From NCBI RefSeq assembly GCF_963921235.1, contig NC_086097.1, positions 141,734,001-141,798,000 of the forward strand: DNA of 64,000 nt, in the 5' to 3' direction. A model generated the notes under the pieces. It was not told the origin of the DNA. It searched no databases and saw only the letters and a program-made list of their open reading frames with translations. Position numbers and translations under genes: made by a program. The DNA is from Mobula hypostoma. Lineage: Eukaryota. Shown piece after piece: positions 39,523 through 51,899 of the stretch. Each line of letters starts with the position of its first letter. The first letter of the stretch is position 1.

Positions 39523-40322
39523 CAGGGGTCTCCAACCTTTCTTGCACCACAGACCGGTCTAATATTGACAATATTCTTGCAGACCGGCCGATCTGGGGAG
39601 CGGGGGTGGAGGGTGTTCAAGTAGGGTTAAACTCACCTCAGCATGTCTTTTACAGTTAGGGTCGCCAACTTCCTCACTCCCAAATAAGGGACAAAAGTAG
39701 CAGTCAAATCCCGGGACACTTTACCGCAGGAAAGACTACAAAGACCATGAAGCCTTGTGCGGGCACCTGTGTGCGCATGCATGACGTGAGCATGTGATGT
39801 GTGCATGTGCATATGTGCCAATTTTTCCCCACAAATCGGTTTTGCCTTCATCTTCCCGACTATACTGTACATACATTATTTCTACTTTATATAGGCTATG
39901 TATTTATCATATCATTCCTGCTTTTACTGTATGTTAGTGTTATTTATTTTCGGTTTTATGTGTTATTTGGTATGATTTGTTAGGTTATTTTTTGGGTCTG
40001 GGAGCACTCAAAAATTTTTCCCATATATATTAATGATAATTGCTTCTTTGCTTCATGCCATTCGGCACAAAAGGTTTCATAGGAACGCTCTACCTTAGCG
40101 GGGGAAATATGGGACAAGGGTGGTCCCGTATGTGACAAACTAGCTCAATATATAGGATGTCCCGGCAAATACGGGACAGTTGGCAACCCTATGTTCAAGT
40201 TCAACAGTGCGTGACAGGGAATGAGGAAAAGGTGCAGCTGACTCGTATCATTTCCTCACGGCCCGGTAGCACATGCTTTGTGGCCTGCTACCGGTCCGCG
40301 GCTCAGTGGTTGGGGACCGTTG
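39523..40322. mobile_element. Non-autonomous hAT, same termini family as 27850-29071
   Basis: TIRs caggggtctccaacc / ggttggggaccgttg; perfect TSD ATTTAGCC at 39515-39522 and 40323-40330. Confidence 0.92.
39622..40191. mobile_element. Nested hAT-type MITE with TAGGGTT termini
   Basis: Termini tagggtt ... aacccta; perfect 8-bp TSD TGTTCAAG at 39614-39621 and 40192-40199. Confidence 0.8.
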
Positions 40323-40851
40323 ATTTAGCCTATGTGTTTTTATCAAGTGTTATTTTCAAAAGAGATGCTGGAGTTTTTTGTTATTTATATTTTAAATATT
40401 TTATATTTAAGCCAGGAGCAACTGCCTTGCTGGTAGGATTAAACAAGGTGATTTAACTTCAAAAATGGAGGGAGGCAGGATATGGATGAGGCTGGAGTGT
40501 TTCTTTGAGCATTGTATAGTGAGAATTTATTTTCCAATTTTTTTTCTGGTGATATTGATCGTTTTAAAATTAGCAGTTTTGGAGTTTATACAATAGTTCT
40601 ATCACAGTTGAGTTTTCATCCTTTACTGATCGTATGAAATGGCGGTTGAGTTTTGATCGCAACTCTTTACTGTCTATTTGCCATACACTTTGATTTCCTT
40701 GTGGTTCAGCAATTTCTTTCATTTACTACAATATGACTAAGCATCCCTTGCTCAGGTTTGAGAATTCCCAAGAGCCTACTCCTAATATGGTTAAAACTGG
40801 CAGTATTACTTTGTTCTGTAACTTGTAATTCCTATATTTGTGTTATTACTG

Positions 40852-41199
40852 CCCAGCGGATTATCGGCACCCAATTGCCCACCATTGAGAACATCTACAA
40901 TAAATGCTGCCTGGGCAGGGCGAAAAGCATTATCAAGGATGCATCTCACCCTAACCATGGACTTTTTACTCTCCTCCCATCCGGTAGGCGCACCAGCAGG
41001 CACAGGAGGAGTTTCTTCCCTGAGGCTGTGACCCTGCTGAACCTCTCATCACAGCACTAAGCAGTGCTGTGGCACTTTTTTTATTCACAGTTATTTTGTA
41101 AATAACACTATTCTTTGCATTTCTGGTCAGATGCTAAATGCATTTCATTGGCTTTGTATCTGTACTCGGCACAATGACAATACAGTTGAATCTAATCTA
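40852..41199 (+). mobile_element. Rex1 3' fragment, same family as 9648-10915
   Basis: Closely matches the reverse complement of ~9650-10035; (AATCT)n tail; attactg flanks both sides (40845 and 41200). Confidence 0.88.
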
Positions 41200-41369
41200 A
41201 TTACTGAACTTGGTTACGTTGTATTCAGCCCCACCAAGCAGGCCAAACTAACTCAAATTGTGAGTGTTTGAACATGATTTCAATTACTTTTATTGAAATA
41301 ATTTAGTATGCTGACAAATACTATTTTTATTTAATTCCACGACTTTCAATTTCATCAATTTCATTAATT

Positions 41370-41455
41370 CATGAGTTCCCAAACATTTTCTTTTATATGC
41401 CATGGACCTGTACCATTAACCAAGGGGTGTGTGGACCCAACGTTGCGAAACCCTG
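41370..41455. mobile_element. Decayed copy of the 78-bp hAT MITE in opposite orientation
   Basis: gttcccaa...tatgccatggacc...tggaccc...aaaccctg. Confidence 0.6.
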
Positions 41456-41569
41456 TCTTAGCCACAATTTGGCTGCCTGCAAGGTAGATTAAGAATGGTG
41501 TAGAATCATCCCCACTTGCTCCAACCACACTTGAGAAGCCAACGTAATATTAAACAAACAGTAATCAGT

Positions 41570-44500
41570 TTGAGAGGGAGAAGATTAAGTCAGATGTATC
41601 AGTATTTGAGTGAAGTAAAGGGAATTGGAGGCAAAAGAGTGGAGCTGGCCAGAGTTGAACACTAACAGGAATAATGGCAGAACAGCTATGGCTGGAGTTT
41701 TTGGGGGCAATTCAGAAGGGGCAGGATAGATACATGCCAAAGATGAAGTATTTTAAAGGGAGCATGAAGCAACTGTGGCTGTCAAGGGAAGTCAAAGACA
41801 GCACAAAAGGTAAAGAGAGAGCACCTAATAATAGTTAAAATTTAGTGGGAAGTTTAGAAGATTGGTAAGCTTTTTAAAAAAAACTAACAGAAGGTGACTT
41901 AAAAAAAATGAGAGAAAAATTGAAATATGAAGGTAAGCGGGCCAATTATACCAAAGAGAATTTCAAGAGTTTTTTCAACTATAATAAAAAGCAGAACAGG
42001 CAAGAGTGGGTATTGGACCGCAGGAAAATGACGCTGAAGGAGTAGTAATGGCGGATGAACTTGCTAAATATTTTGTGCCAGTCTTCACTGGAAGACACGA
42101 GGAGTATGCCAGAAATTAGGGGCAAGAATAGTTGCTATTACTAAGGAGAAAGTGCTTGGGAAGCTGAAAGGTCTGAAGATAGATGAATCACCTGGACCAG
42201 ATTGACAACACCCAGGGTTCTGAAAGGGGTAGCAAAAGAGATTGTGAAGGCAATAGTATTGATCTTTCAAGAATCACTAAATTCTGGAATGGTTCTGGAG
42301 GACTGGAAAATTGCAAATGTCAATCCATTCTTTAAGAAGGGAGGGAGGCAAAAGAAAGGAAATTTAGGCCAGTTAGCCTGACTTTGATAGTTAGGAAGAT
42401 GTTGGAGTCCATTATTAAGGATGAGATTTTGGGGTACTTGGAGGTACATGATAAAGTAGGCCAAATTCAGCATGATTTACTTAAGGGGAATCTTGCCTGA
42501 CAAATTTGTTGGAATTATTTGAGGAAGTAACAGGCAGGAGAGTCAGTGGATGTTGTTTACTCGGATTTTCAGAAGGCCTTTAACAAGGTGTCACATGTGA
42601 GGCTTCTTAACAAGATCCCATGGTATTATAGGAAAGACAGAACCTTGGATAGAAGATCGGCAGGAGGCAAAGAGTCAGAATAAAGGAGCCTATTCTAGTG
42701 GCTGCTGGTGTCTCATAGTGTTCCTCAAAGGTTGGTTTTGGGATTGCTTTTTTTCAAGTTGTATGTCAATGATTTGGATGATGGAATTGATGGATTTGTG
42801 GTCAGGTTTTCGGACAATACAAAGATAGGTGGAGGGGCAGGTAGCGTTGAGGAAGCAGTGAATCTGCAGGAGGACTTAGGCCAGATTGAGAGAATGGGCA
42901 AAGAAGTTGCTGATGGAATATAGTGTAGGGAAGTGTATGGTCATGCACTTTGGTAGAAGGAATAAAGGTCAAAACTCTTTTCTAAACAAGGTGAAAATTC
43001 AGAAATCAGAGGTGCAAAGGGTCTTGGGAGTTGTCATGCAGCATTCCACAAAGGTGTAAGTTGAGTCAGTGGTAAGGAAGGCAAATGCAATGTTAGCATT
43101 AATTTCGAGAGGACTAGAATATAAAAGCAAGGATGTAATTCTGAGGCTTTATAAGGCATTGGTCAAACCACACGAAGTAGTGTGAGCAGTTTTGGGTCCC
43201 TGATTTGTGAAGAGATGTGCTGGTATTGGAGAGAAATTACAACCATATAACCATATAATAATTACAGCACGGAAACAGGCCATCTCGGCCCTTCTAGTCC
43301 GTGCTGAGTGCTTACTCTCACCTAGTCCCACCGAACTGCATTCAGCCTGTAATCCTCCATTCCTTTCCTGTCCATATACCTATCCAATTTTTCTTTAAAT
43401 GACAATATCGACGTCAAACTTACAGGCCGATAATTGCTAGGTTTACTCTTAGAACCCTTTTAAAACAATGGAACCACATGAGCAAAATGCCAATCCTCCG
43501 GCACCATCCCCGTTTCTAATGACATTTGAAATGTAGAGCACCTGCTATTTCCACACTAATTTCCCTCAAGGTCCTAGGGATTATCCTGTCAGGACCTGGA
43601 GACTTATTCACTTTTATATTCCTTAAAAGCGCCAGTACTTTCTCTTCTTTAATCATCATAGTCTCCATAACTTCCCTACTTGTTTCCCTTGCCTTACACA
43701 ATTTAATATCCTTCTCCTTAGTGAATACCGAAGAAAAGAAATTGTTCAAAATCTCCCCCACCTCTTTTTGGCTCCACACATAGCTGTCCACTCTGATCCT
43801 CTAAGGGACCAATTTTATCTCTCACTATCCTTTTGCTATTAATATAACAGTAGAAACCCTTTGGATTTATTTTCACCTTACTTGCCAAAGCAGCCTCGTA
43901 TCTTCTTTCAGCTTTTCTAATTTCTTTCTTAAGATTCTTCTTACATTCTTTATATTCCTTGCACCTCACTTACTCCATGCTGCCTATATTTATTGTAGAT
44001 ATCTCTCTTTTTCCGAATCAAGTTTCCAATATCCCTTGAAAACCATGAAAACTTTTAACCTTTCCTTTCAACCTAACAGGAACATAAAGATTCTGTACCC
44101 TCAAAATTTCACCTTTAAATTACCTCCATTTCCCTATTACATTCTTCCCATAAAACAAATTGTCCCAATCCATTCCTTCTAAATCCTTTCGCATCTCCTC
44201 AAAGTTAGCCTTTCTCCAATCAAAAATCTCAACCCTGGGTCCAGACCTATCCTTCTCCATTATATTAAAACTAATAGCATTGTGATCACTGGACCCGAAG
44301 TGCTCCCCAACACAAACCTCCGTCACCTGACCTATCTCATTCCCGAACAGGAGATCCAACACTGCCCCTTTTAGTTGGTACCTCTATGTATTGCTGCAAA
44401 AAACTGTCCTGCACACATTTTACAAACTCCAAACCATCCAGCCTTTTTACACTATGGGCTTCCCAGTCTATGTGTGGAAAATTAATATCTCCTACAATCA

Positions 44501-45665
44501 CAACCTTGTGCTTACTACCAACATCTGCTATCTCCTTACAAATTTGCTCCTCCAATTCTCGCTCCCCATTAGATGGTCTATAATATACCCCTATTAGTGT
44601 TACTACACCTTTCCCATTCCTCAATTCCACCCAAATAGCCTCCCTAGACAAGCCCTCTAATCTATCCTGCCAGAGCACCGCTAAAATATTTTCTCTGACA
44701 AGCAATGCAACACCTCCCCCCTTGTCCCTCTGATTCTATCACAACTGAAGCAATTAAATCCAGGAATATTTCGTTGCCAATCTCATCCCTCCTGTAACCA
44801 TGTTTCACTAATAGCTACAACATCATATTTCCAGGTATCAATCCATGCTCTAAGCTCATCCACCTTTCTTACAAAGCTCCGAGGATTAAAATAAATGCAT
44901 TTACGAAATTCTTCACCTCTTACTCTCTGTTTATCACTAACGGTGCAAACAACTTTACTATCTTCTTTTTCTTCCTTCTCCCCTACATCTGTTCCTACAC
45001 TCTTGTTCCCCTCCCTCCTTGTATCTAGTTTAAATTCACTGGAGCCTCTCTAGCAAACCTACCTGCAAGAATATTTGTCCCCCTCCAGTTCAGATGTAAA
45101 CCGTCCTGTCGGAACAGGTCCCACCTTTCTTGGTAAACTGCCCAATTATCTATAAATCTGAAGCCCTCCCTCGCAAAATTCACAAGAATGATTCCAGGAA
45201 TGAAAGCATTAACATATGATGACTATATGATGGCTTTACTTGCTGGAGTTTAGAATAGTGAGGGGGAATTTCATTGAAATCTATCTAATATTGAAAGGCC
45301 GAGTTAAAGTGGATGTGGAGAGGATGTTTCCTTTTGTGGGTGAGTCTAGGATTAGGGGGTACAGCCTTAGAATAGAGGGGTGTCCATGTCGAACAGAGAT
45401 GAGAAGAAATTTCTTTAGCCAGTGGGTTGTGAATCTGAGGAATTCATTGACATGGATGGCTGTGGAGGCTAAGTCATCGAGTATATAGAAAGCTGAGAGT
45501 GATAGGTTTTTGGTTAGGGCGTCAAAGGTTATGGGGAGAAGGCAGGAGAATGCGGCTGTGAAGGATAATTAATCAACCGTGAAGGATAATTAATCAACCA
45601 TGATGGAATTGCTGGAATGGACTTGATGGGCTGAGTGGCCTAATTGTGCTCCTGTGTCTTGTGGT
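41570..45665 (+). mobile_element. Older CR1 (41570-43237 and 45173-45665), same family as 18640-24050
   Basis: Shared sequence such as ggagctggcca..gttg and ggatagataca..ccaaa; VPQRLVLGLL, NDLDD and FSDNTK motifs. Confidence 0.85.
43238..45172 (-). mobile_element. Younger CR1, inverted near-copy of 19128-22319 with a ~1.2 kb RT deletion
   Basis: Near-identical translations to the + copy; (CCATATAA)n tail at ~43241; the junction at ~43410 joins equivalents of ~20948 and ~22153. Confidence 0.93.
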
Positions 45666-46649
45666 CTAAAGCATTTCACTTTTTACAGGTCTAAACAGTC
45701 ACAACTGTCATGATTAATTTACATCAGCTGCAAGGTCCCCCTAATAAACTGCAATGTTGTTACTTGTCAAACCATTCTAATAGGATCTCCCAGACCTACA
45801 ACATCTACTGTCAAGAAGAACAAAGACAGCTAGCATCAAGAAGTAACTCTAGTAGCTGCAGTTTTTTGTCCAAATTGGACTATCCTAAACTGGAATTACC
45901 ATTTCTGAATTCTGAAACTCCTTGCCCGATTGCTTAAGAACGTGAATAAACAAGACTAGAGGCACCAAAATCAATAGCCCTAACAATGTTTGAATGCTGT
46001 AAATATATTTGGAAAGAACTATCACTTGCCTTTTATATCTATAATTATCATTCATAGTTTACCCCCATCCAATACATTAGTCAACTATGCATATAAATGT
46101 AATGTTTGTCTCCATTAGACTTTTGTTGCTTCTCCCTTTGATTACAAAATCTTCTGGGTTTTTATCTAGGCTATCCCAAATTAGAGTACTGTACCTTCAT
46201 TACTACTTTGCAATCTGACTACTAATACGCAACTGGTCAACATAGTGTGGTTAAATACAGAATTTTTGAGTAGGTATCAAATCAACTTTATCTAATTTTA
46301 TTTGGGACACCTGCAATATTTGATTTTCTGTGTAGTCTAAGTACAGAAACATCTAGTAAGGGGATTTGCTATGTCTCAGTGTCTTCTATTTTGCTTTGCT
46401 TGTTAATTTTGCTCATATCAAAGTATTAATTTTCTTTGAGATGCATGTCTTACACCCGTATTTCTCCATTGTGTAGTGCAGAACAGGTCTGACCATCCGA
46501 ATGACTCACTGTTGTTGCTATACCATATGAATATCTATTAGAAATAAGATTTACTATTCTGAGTTCCTTTTCATCTGTCAGAAAATGGAAATTGTATACC
46601 AGTTTATTCGTACTTTTTTTTTAGAGCTATTCACAGCTTTGTATCGTTT

Positions 46650-47330
46650 GCAGTTAAAATGATCGTGGTTCAGGAATGTTGGTTGTTGTGGTTAAATGTC
46701 CGTCCTTTGCACTGACGTATACCTTGGTGTACCTTTGATAATCCTGAGCACATTGATGTGGCGGGGGGGGGGGAGATTTTATATATTGTTTAAAACATTT
46801 CGTAGTGACGTGATCCAGAAGCTTGAGAATCACCACAGCTGTGCTCATTTTGTGAACGAGGACGGAAGCAATATCGAGAAAACCCGCATTACACGGCAGT
46901 TATAACTTTTGGGGCAAGCCCGTACTATATATAGCTTAGCTATAGTTGAAGTGTTTTTATTAATTCGTACACGTGAAAATTTGAACGTGATTACTATTTG
47001 AATACGAAGTATTTTAAATTAAATTCCACTCTTTTTAGTAATAGCGCAAGCGGGTTAAACAACCCACCTTTAGAATAATTTTACATTGGAGTTTTGAGTA
47101 TTACGTTAAGGGGATAGAATAATAAACGACTAAACGAATGAAGAAGACCTGGCATAAAAGCCTTTTACACAGTATTTTCCTTAATTTCACTACGATCATC
47201 CGTTGGTGTTGTGGGCGCGCGCGCTTTTTCCCCGTGACCCAACAAGTCCGCCATTTTGTGGTGGGGGAGGGGAGCAGGGGAGGGTGGGGGAAGGGAGAGC
47301 TAGGAAACAAGATGGCCGCCGGTCGCTTGA
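46650..47330 (+). promoter_or_regulatory. CpG-rich putative promoter / 5' region of the KANSL1-family exon
   Basis: CpG density rises sharply from ~46650 to ~48300. Motifs: YY1-like CCGCCATTTTG (47248-47258) and CAAGATGGCCGCC (47308-47320); CRE-like TGACGT (~46713, ~46806); ETS-like CGGAAG (~46863); E-box CACGTG (~46969). Confidence 0.65.
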
Positions 47331-48969
47331 AGCGAATAGCTTCACCGGCTGTGAGTGAAAGCACTAGCGAAGCGCGGCAGCAGCACCACGGACTCAACTT
47401 GGCGGTGTCGTCATCATCACTGCCGCCGCTATCGTCGTCGTCTTCTTCACCAGCGTTCTCGTTGCCCTCGTCTTCGCCGCTTTCATCTGCGGCCTCTAAT
47501 GGCACTTTAGACGAAGACGCAGGGGAGGAAAATAATAAAAATAAAAAACTCGCCGACCCTTTATATTTTTCCGTCGGCCGTATGGACTCTCTGTTCTTGG
47601 CCCGGCCGACTAGAGTGCGGCGGCGCCCGGAGACCGAGCCTTTTTACCACGGCGAGAGTTGCGCTGTGGCCGTTCAGGGAGGAGCGAAAGAGCCTGAGAC
47701 AAAAACTTATAATCACCACAACCATCACAACCACCGCCACCATTCTCCTCACCGGCGGCACCATCGCCACCACCAGGCCGGCGAGTTGCAACAGAGGCGG
47801 GTGAGTTGTACGGAAGCCCCCGGCCTCGGCCTAAATAGGGGGGATTCGCAGATTTACGGCAAGCGTCAGGACAGAATGAATTCTGATGGAGTTTTCTGTG
47901 CCACGGGCGACGAGAAAGAGATGGGTAAAGTTACGGATTCGAGCACCAGCGGCAATGGCTTGATGAAAGAAACGCCTTGTCTCAGCTGTGACTCTGGCCT
48001 GGTGAATGGCACTAACAAAGCGGTGGGCGGCTGTGGCGTCCAGCGGAGCAACGGCGCCATCTCGCTAAATTCGGCCTCGCCTGGAAAGGGAAACTCGGAT
48101 AAAAGACGCTGGCACAGGCTGCAAAGAAGTACTAACACCTCTGCAACTGATTTCGGCCTGCTGACGAAAGGCAGCGGCAAAATCCCCAACCTCGAGTATG
48201 GATGTCGAGCGGATCTTCATGGCTCCAAACCGGTGGGAGTTTCGTTCAAACCACACTGCGGCGAGATAAATCTAAATTGTCTGGGGACTGAGACCCAAAA
48301 AACAAAAAAACATACTCCTGAGAGCATCAGCACAAACACGACTAACCACCATAACAGTCTCAGCATTGCTAGCAGTCAGAATAATTTTAATGTTAGCCAG
48401 GATGAGGTGAGTGCTCAGAGTTTAGTAGTTGCAAGTAAACAAGCTGAGATCAGGACCAGGGCTCATCGACTCTGCAAGCGTTTGCAAGTTGTGCAAGCTA
48501 AGCAGGTGGAGCGCCATGCCCAGCAGCAGCTAGCAGGTTTGGTGGGACATAGTCTAAAGCAATTTTCTTCCACTTTCACCAAAAGTCTTATTAATAACTG
48601 TAGTAGCACTAATAATAAATATGCAAGCACTTTGCATGGGAGTGGCAACCTGCAGAGGAGTACTTTTCCAAGGACGGATCCAGAAGTAGATGCTGATGGT
48701 GTTCATTCCTGTTCTAGTTCTTCCCTCGGATTTGGGGAGAGCAATAAATGTTTACTATCTTCACTGAATGGGGATACTTTCTCTGGTTTTGTGAAAGATC
48801 GAGCTATCTCTGAGGATCTACTGAAATTGGTGTCCAGTGTGACTGCAAAACTCAGAACTTCTGAGCGAGCATTTGATTCTGATGCCACAGAAAGCAGCTC
48901 AGGGGGTGAGACTGATTTGGAAGAGGATGGTACAAATGATGCAAAATTGGAGTATCGGCATGCAATTCT
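47312..48969 (+). CDS. KANSL1: First large coding exon of a KANSL1-family gene (KAT8 regulatory NSL complex subunit 1 or a paralogue); the gene continues beyond the window
   Basis: Lies in ORF 47138-48973. The ATG at 47312 has a strong Kozak context (caagATGG). It encodes [33 protein letters not shown] and RTSERAFDSDATESSSGGETDLEE...YRHAIL, matching recalled KANSL1 ([55 protein letters not shown]...QRHVPL). It ends in a phase-2 donor CT|GTAAGT at 48969/48970. Family is secure; exact orthology is not. Confidence 0.88.
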
Positions 48970-51899
48970 GTAAGTAAAGAGGTATTGACTTGTATAATGG
49001 GCTGTTTTTATCATTTGGTTTTGTGAATGTACTTTCCCATTTCAATTTAAGATTAAAGAAGCAATCATGTCTTTAAAATGCACAATATCTTAGAGTTTGT
49101 AAAATTAAAAATGTTTTATTCTTGCTATTAATTTGTCAAAGACACCAGTAGATGAGATCTGGACTTCGGACTTGGATAGGAATGTATCTTGAGCAGAAGC
49201 TCTGGGTGCATCCCCATTGACTTGAGTTGGAAGGTCTGCTTTAGTCTGTTGCTTTTAATGTTGCTGAAGTAACAGGATGCTCTGAATCATGTCCACCAGT
49301 CACAGGATTAATCAATGGATTGTGTTGTATAAGCCTTCCACAGTGCAGCAATATGTTTTGAAGTTTATAATACCAGTGCCAATAGAGTAGCAGGGTATTA
49401 ATCGTTTAGGCGTGTTAAATGCTTGTTTTGACATTTTTGTTTTTCTGTCAGTATTAATCATCTCGTTTTCCTGACTTTAAAATTGTATTGCAAGTCTAGA
49501 GAGGTACAATGATAATTAAATTCAATCATTGAAGAAGCTGAAAGTGGTGAATTAAAATCTCGTTTTATTCCTGTTTGGCAATAGGCAGACCTGATAACCT
49601 TTGAGTTTACCTTGGGCTAGACTCCAATCTTCTGAGTTTTGACACTCAGAACTTGAATTTTGTCTTGTTTACTGAGTGGTATCTTGTTTGCCTGTATATT
49701 CAACAGTCTTTGGTCTTGCTTGTGTAAAATAGTCCTTAAATTATGTTTCCTTAATTTACCAGAATTGATTCATTTTTGGCTTGTGTTTACAAATTTATTT
49801 AGCACAGGTTGACATCTGCCTGGTTGAGTTATCAATTTTGCCCTGATTTAACTTATTCTGCTGCACTATTTTGAGAAAAGTTATATTTGCAATTTTTTTG
49901 GGATAATGATCATAGTGCTTTGCATTTTAAAAACGGTGTGCTTTTTAGCAAGACTGCCAGGTGTGTTCTGTGAATGAAGTGTATTGACCAATTTCTTGTT
50001 AAGTGTTTCTTCATTCCTTTGATTATACACATTAGGATTTAGTTGTTGCAAGATTAAAATAAATAATGATCCTTCATTTTCAAGGTACACCTTTTATCCT
50101 TTTTATTTAAAGAGTTTTATTCACTTATTTTGAGCTAGTTTGAATTTTAATTAGAAAGTTTGCATGATATCTTCATATCATTTGCCAATCGATGGCCAGG
50201 TCTGCAGATCAGCTGAGAAATATTAATTTGAATAATTCTTTCTCCTTCATTGTAATGTAATTTTGGTGGCAGATCTTCCATTAAGATGCTCACTGAATCA
50301 GAGGATAATTGAAATTTGATGTTCAACCACCAACAGCATTGAAGTGTGGCCCAACTGTGCTATGGGAAGTAGAAGTGAAAGATTCTTGAAGTGTGCATCA
50401 TGCACCAATTAAATATATTACAGCTGAGTTGGTATAAAAAGACAGTGAATTGGGTCTGTATAGTGCTTTTCACCTCACTTTATTACATTTCAAAATGTTC
50501 TTTTAAAACATGATTGATCTTGCAAAGAGTACTTCAGTATTTTGGGAAATATGACAGCTAGTCATAATATAACAAGCTCCCATTAATACTGAATTTCTAA
50601 ATTGGTTTTAGAAACATAAACGAGGGATAAATTTTGGAGTTTCATATTTTCCTGTTGTATAAATATCAATGTGGTCTTCAGCATTCACAAAAGAGTGAGA
50701 GGGAGAGATATAGATAGATAGATATCATTTGCAAGAAGCTGCCCACTGGCAGTGCTGCATTCCCTCAATATTGTCCAAAACAGTTGACATTGATCTTTAA
50801 CGTCACATAATAATATTTCCTCAGTCACTTGAAGCTAAAACTATTAGTGCAAATAACTAAATGTTTAAAGTCCTCATTGGAGTTCTGTGAGCTCCAAATT
50901 TTTCATTGATTTTTGATTTTAATCTGTAAATAATAGATCATTGTGTAAAGGATTCATAAAGCAATGCAGAAGACAATCTTGAGTCCCACTCTTTCATCAT
51001 GCTCTATAGACTGTTTAGCTACTGAAGAGCAACATTGAAATATAAAAGTTAAGCTCTTGTCCTAATGCAGTTACAGCTGTTGTCTTGTAAGGTTGATGAG
51101 GGAGTGTTCCTGTTTGGAATGCATGTGTATGGCTTTCCTCATGGAATCATGGGAATCAGCATGTGCTTACTAGATGATATGATGCAGCAAATGACATTAA
51201 AGTTTCAAGATGATCATTTTGAGAATTGTTTTGCTTATGTAAACTGTCTTTATTCCAATGATTTATTGAAAGCTGGCATTTTTTTCTTGTAACCTCATAA
51301 TTTCAAACACTAATTTATTCCCCCAAGTTTATCTTGCTAAGATAAATGAAAAGTTATTTTTGGTCAAAAATTTTCTGATAAATATAACCAAGGTAAAATC
51401 CATTTGCATGTTTTAGCTAATTGTACTCTATTGCCATGTAGAGACATTGTCATTATTAATTTTGCAGGAACGTGGTCTGTTTCCATTGTGGTTTTGCTGA
51501 TCACAATGCATTGACTCTTTTTGGGAACTTGAGCATGTTGAGTAGAGCTGAGCTTTGATTTTGCATAGCAAAGCAGTTGTTAGAACTCTTTCCACCTGGA
51601 AAATGAAGATGGCAGAGGACCAATGCTGTGAATGCAATCAAGTGATTCCTGACCCAAGAGTCAACTCGAAGGACCTTCAAATATATTAGCTGCAATTTGG
51701 TAGTTTTTCCTCAAAACTAGAAATGTACATATGAAGATAAATTATTTAATTAAACTTAAGGAATTCATATTTTCACCTTGTTTAAGTTCAGCTCTTTTCT
51801 GATTATCTTGATCTAATCAAAGCCATTTCTAAAGCAACCCGAACCCAGTAACCCATCCCAGAATTGAGTATTACAGTGAAATAAGGAAAGAAAGATTAC

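Noticed and set aside
45558..45599. Perfect 2 x 21 bp duplication
   Set aside because: Ordinary slippage duplication in a CR1 3' end.
47138..47311. 58-codon in-frame upstream extension of the KANSL1-like ORF
   Set aside because: Weak Kozak context, no recognisable homology, and it runs through promoter-like motifs; ATG 47312 is the better start.
48970..48973. TAA as the true stop of a single-exon 611-aa gene
   Set aside because: The TAA is part of the GTAAGT donor, and the conserved downstream KANSL1 domains are missing, so the gene is spliced.
47101..49014. Antisense ORFs, including the Asp-rich 47101-47505
   Set aside because: Shadows of the GC-rich sense exon; the poly-Asp mirrors poly-Ser codons.
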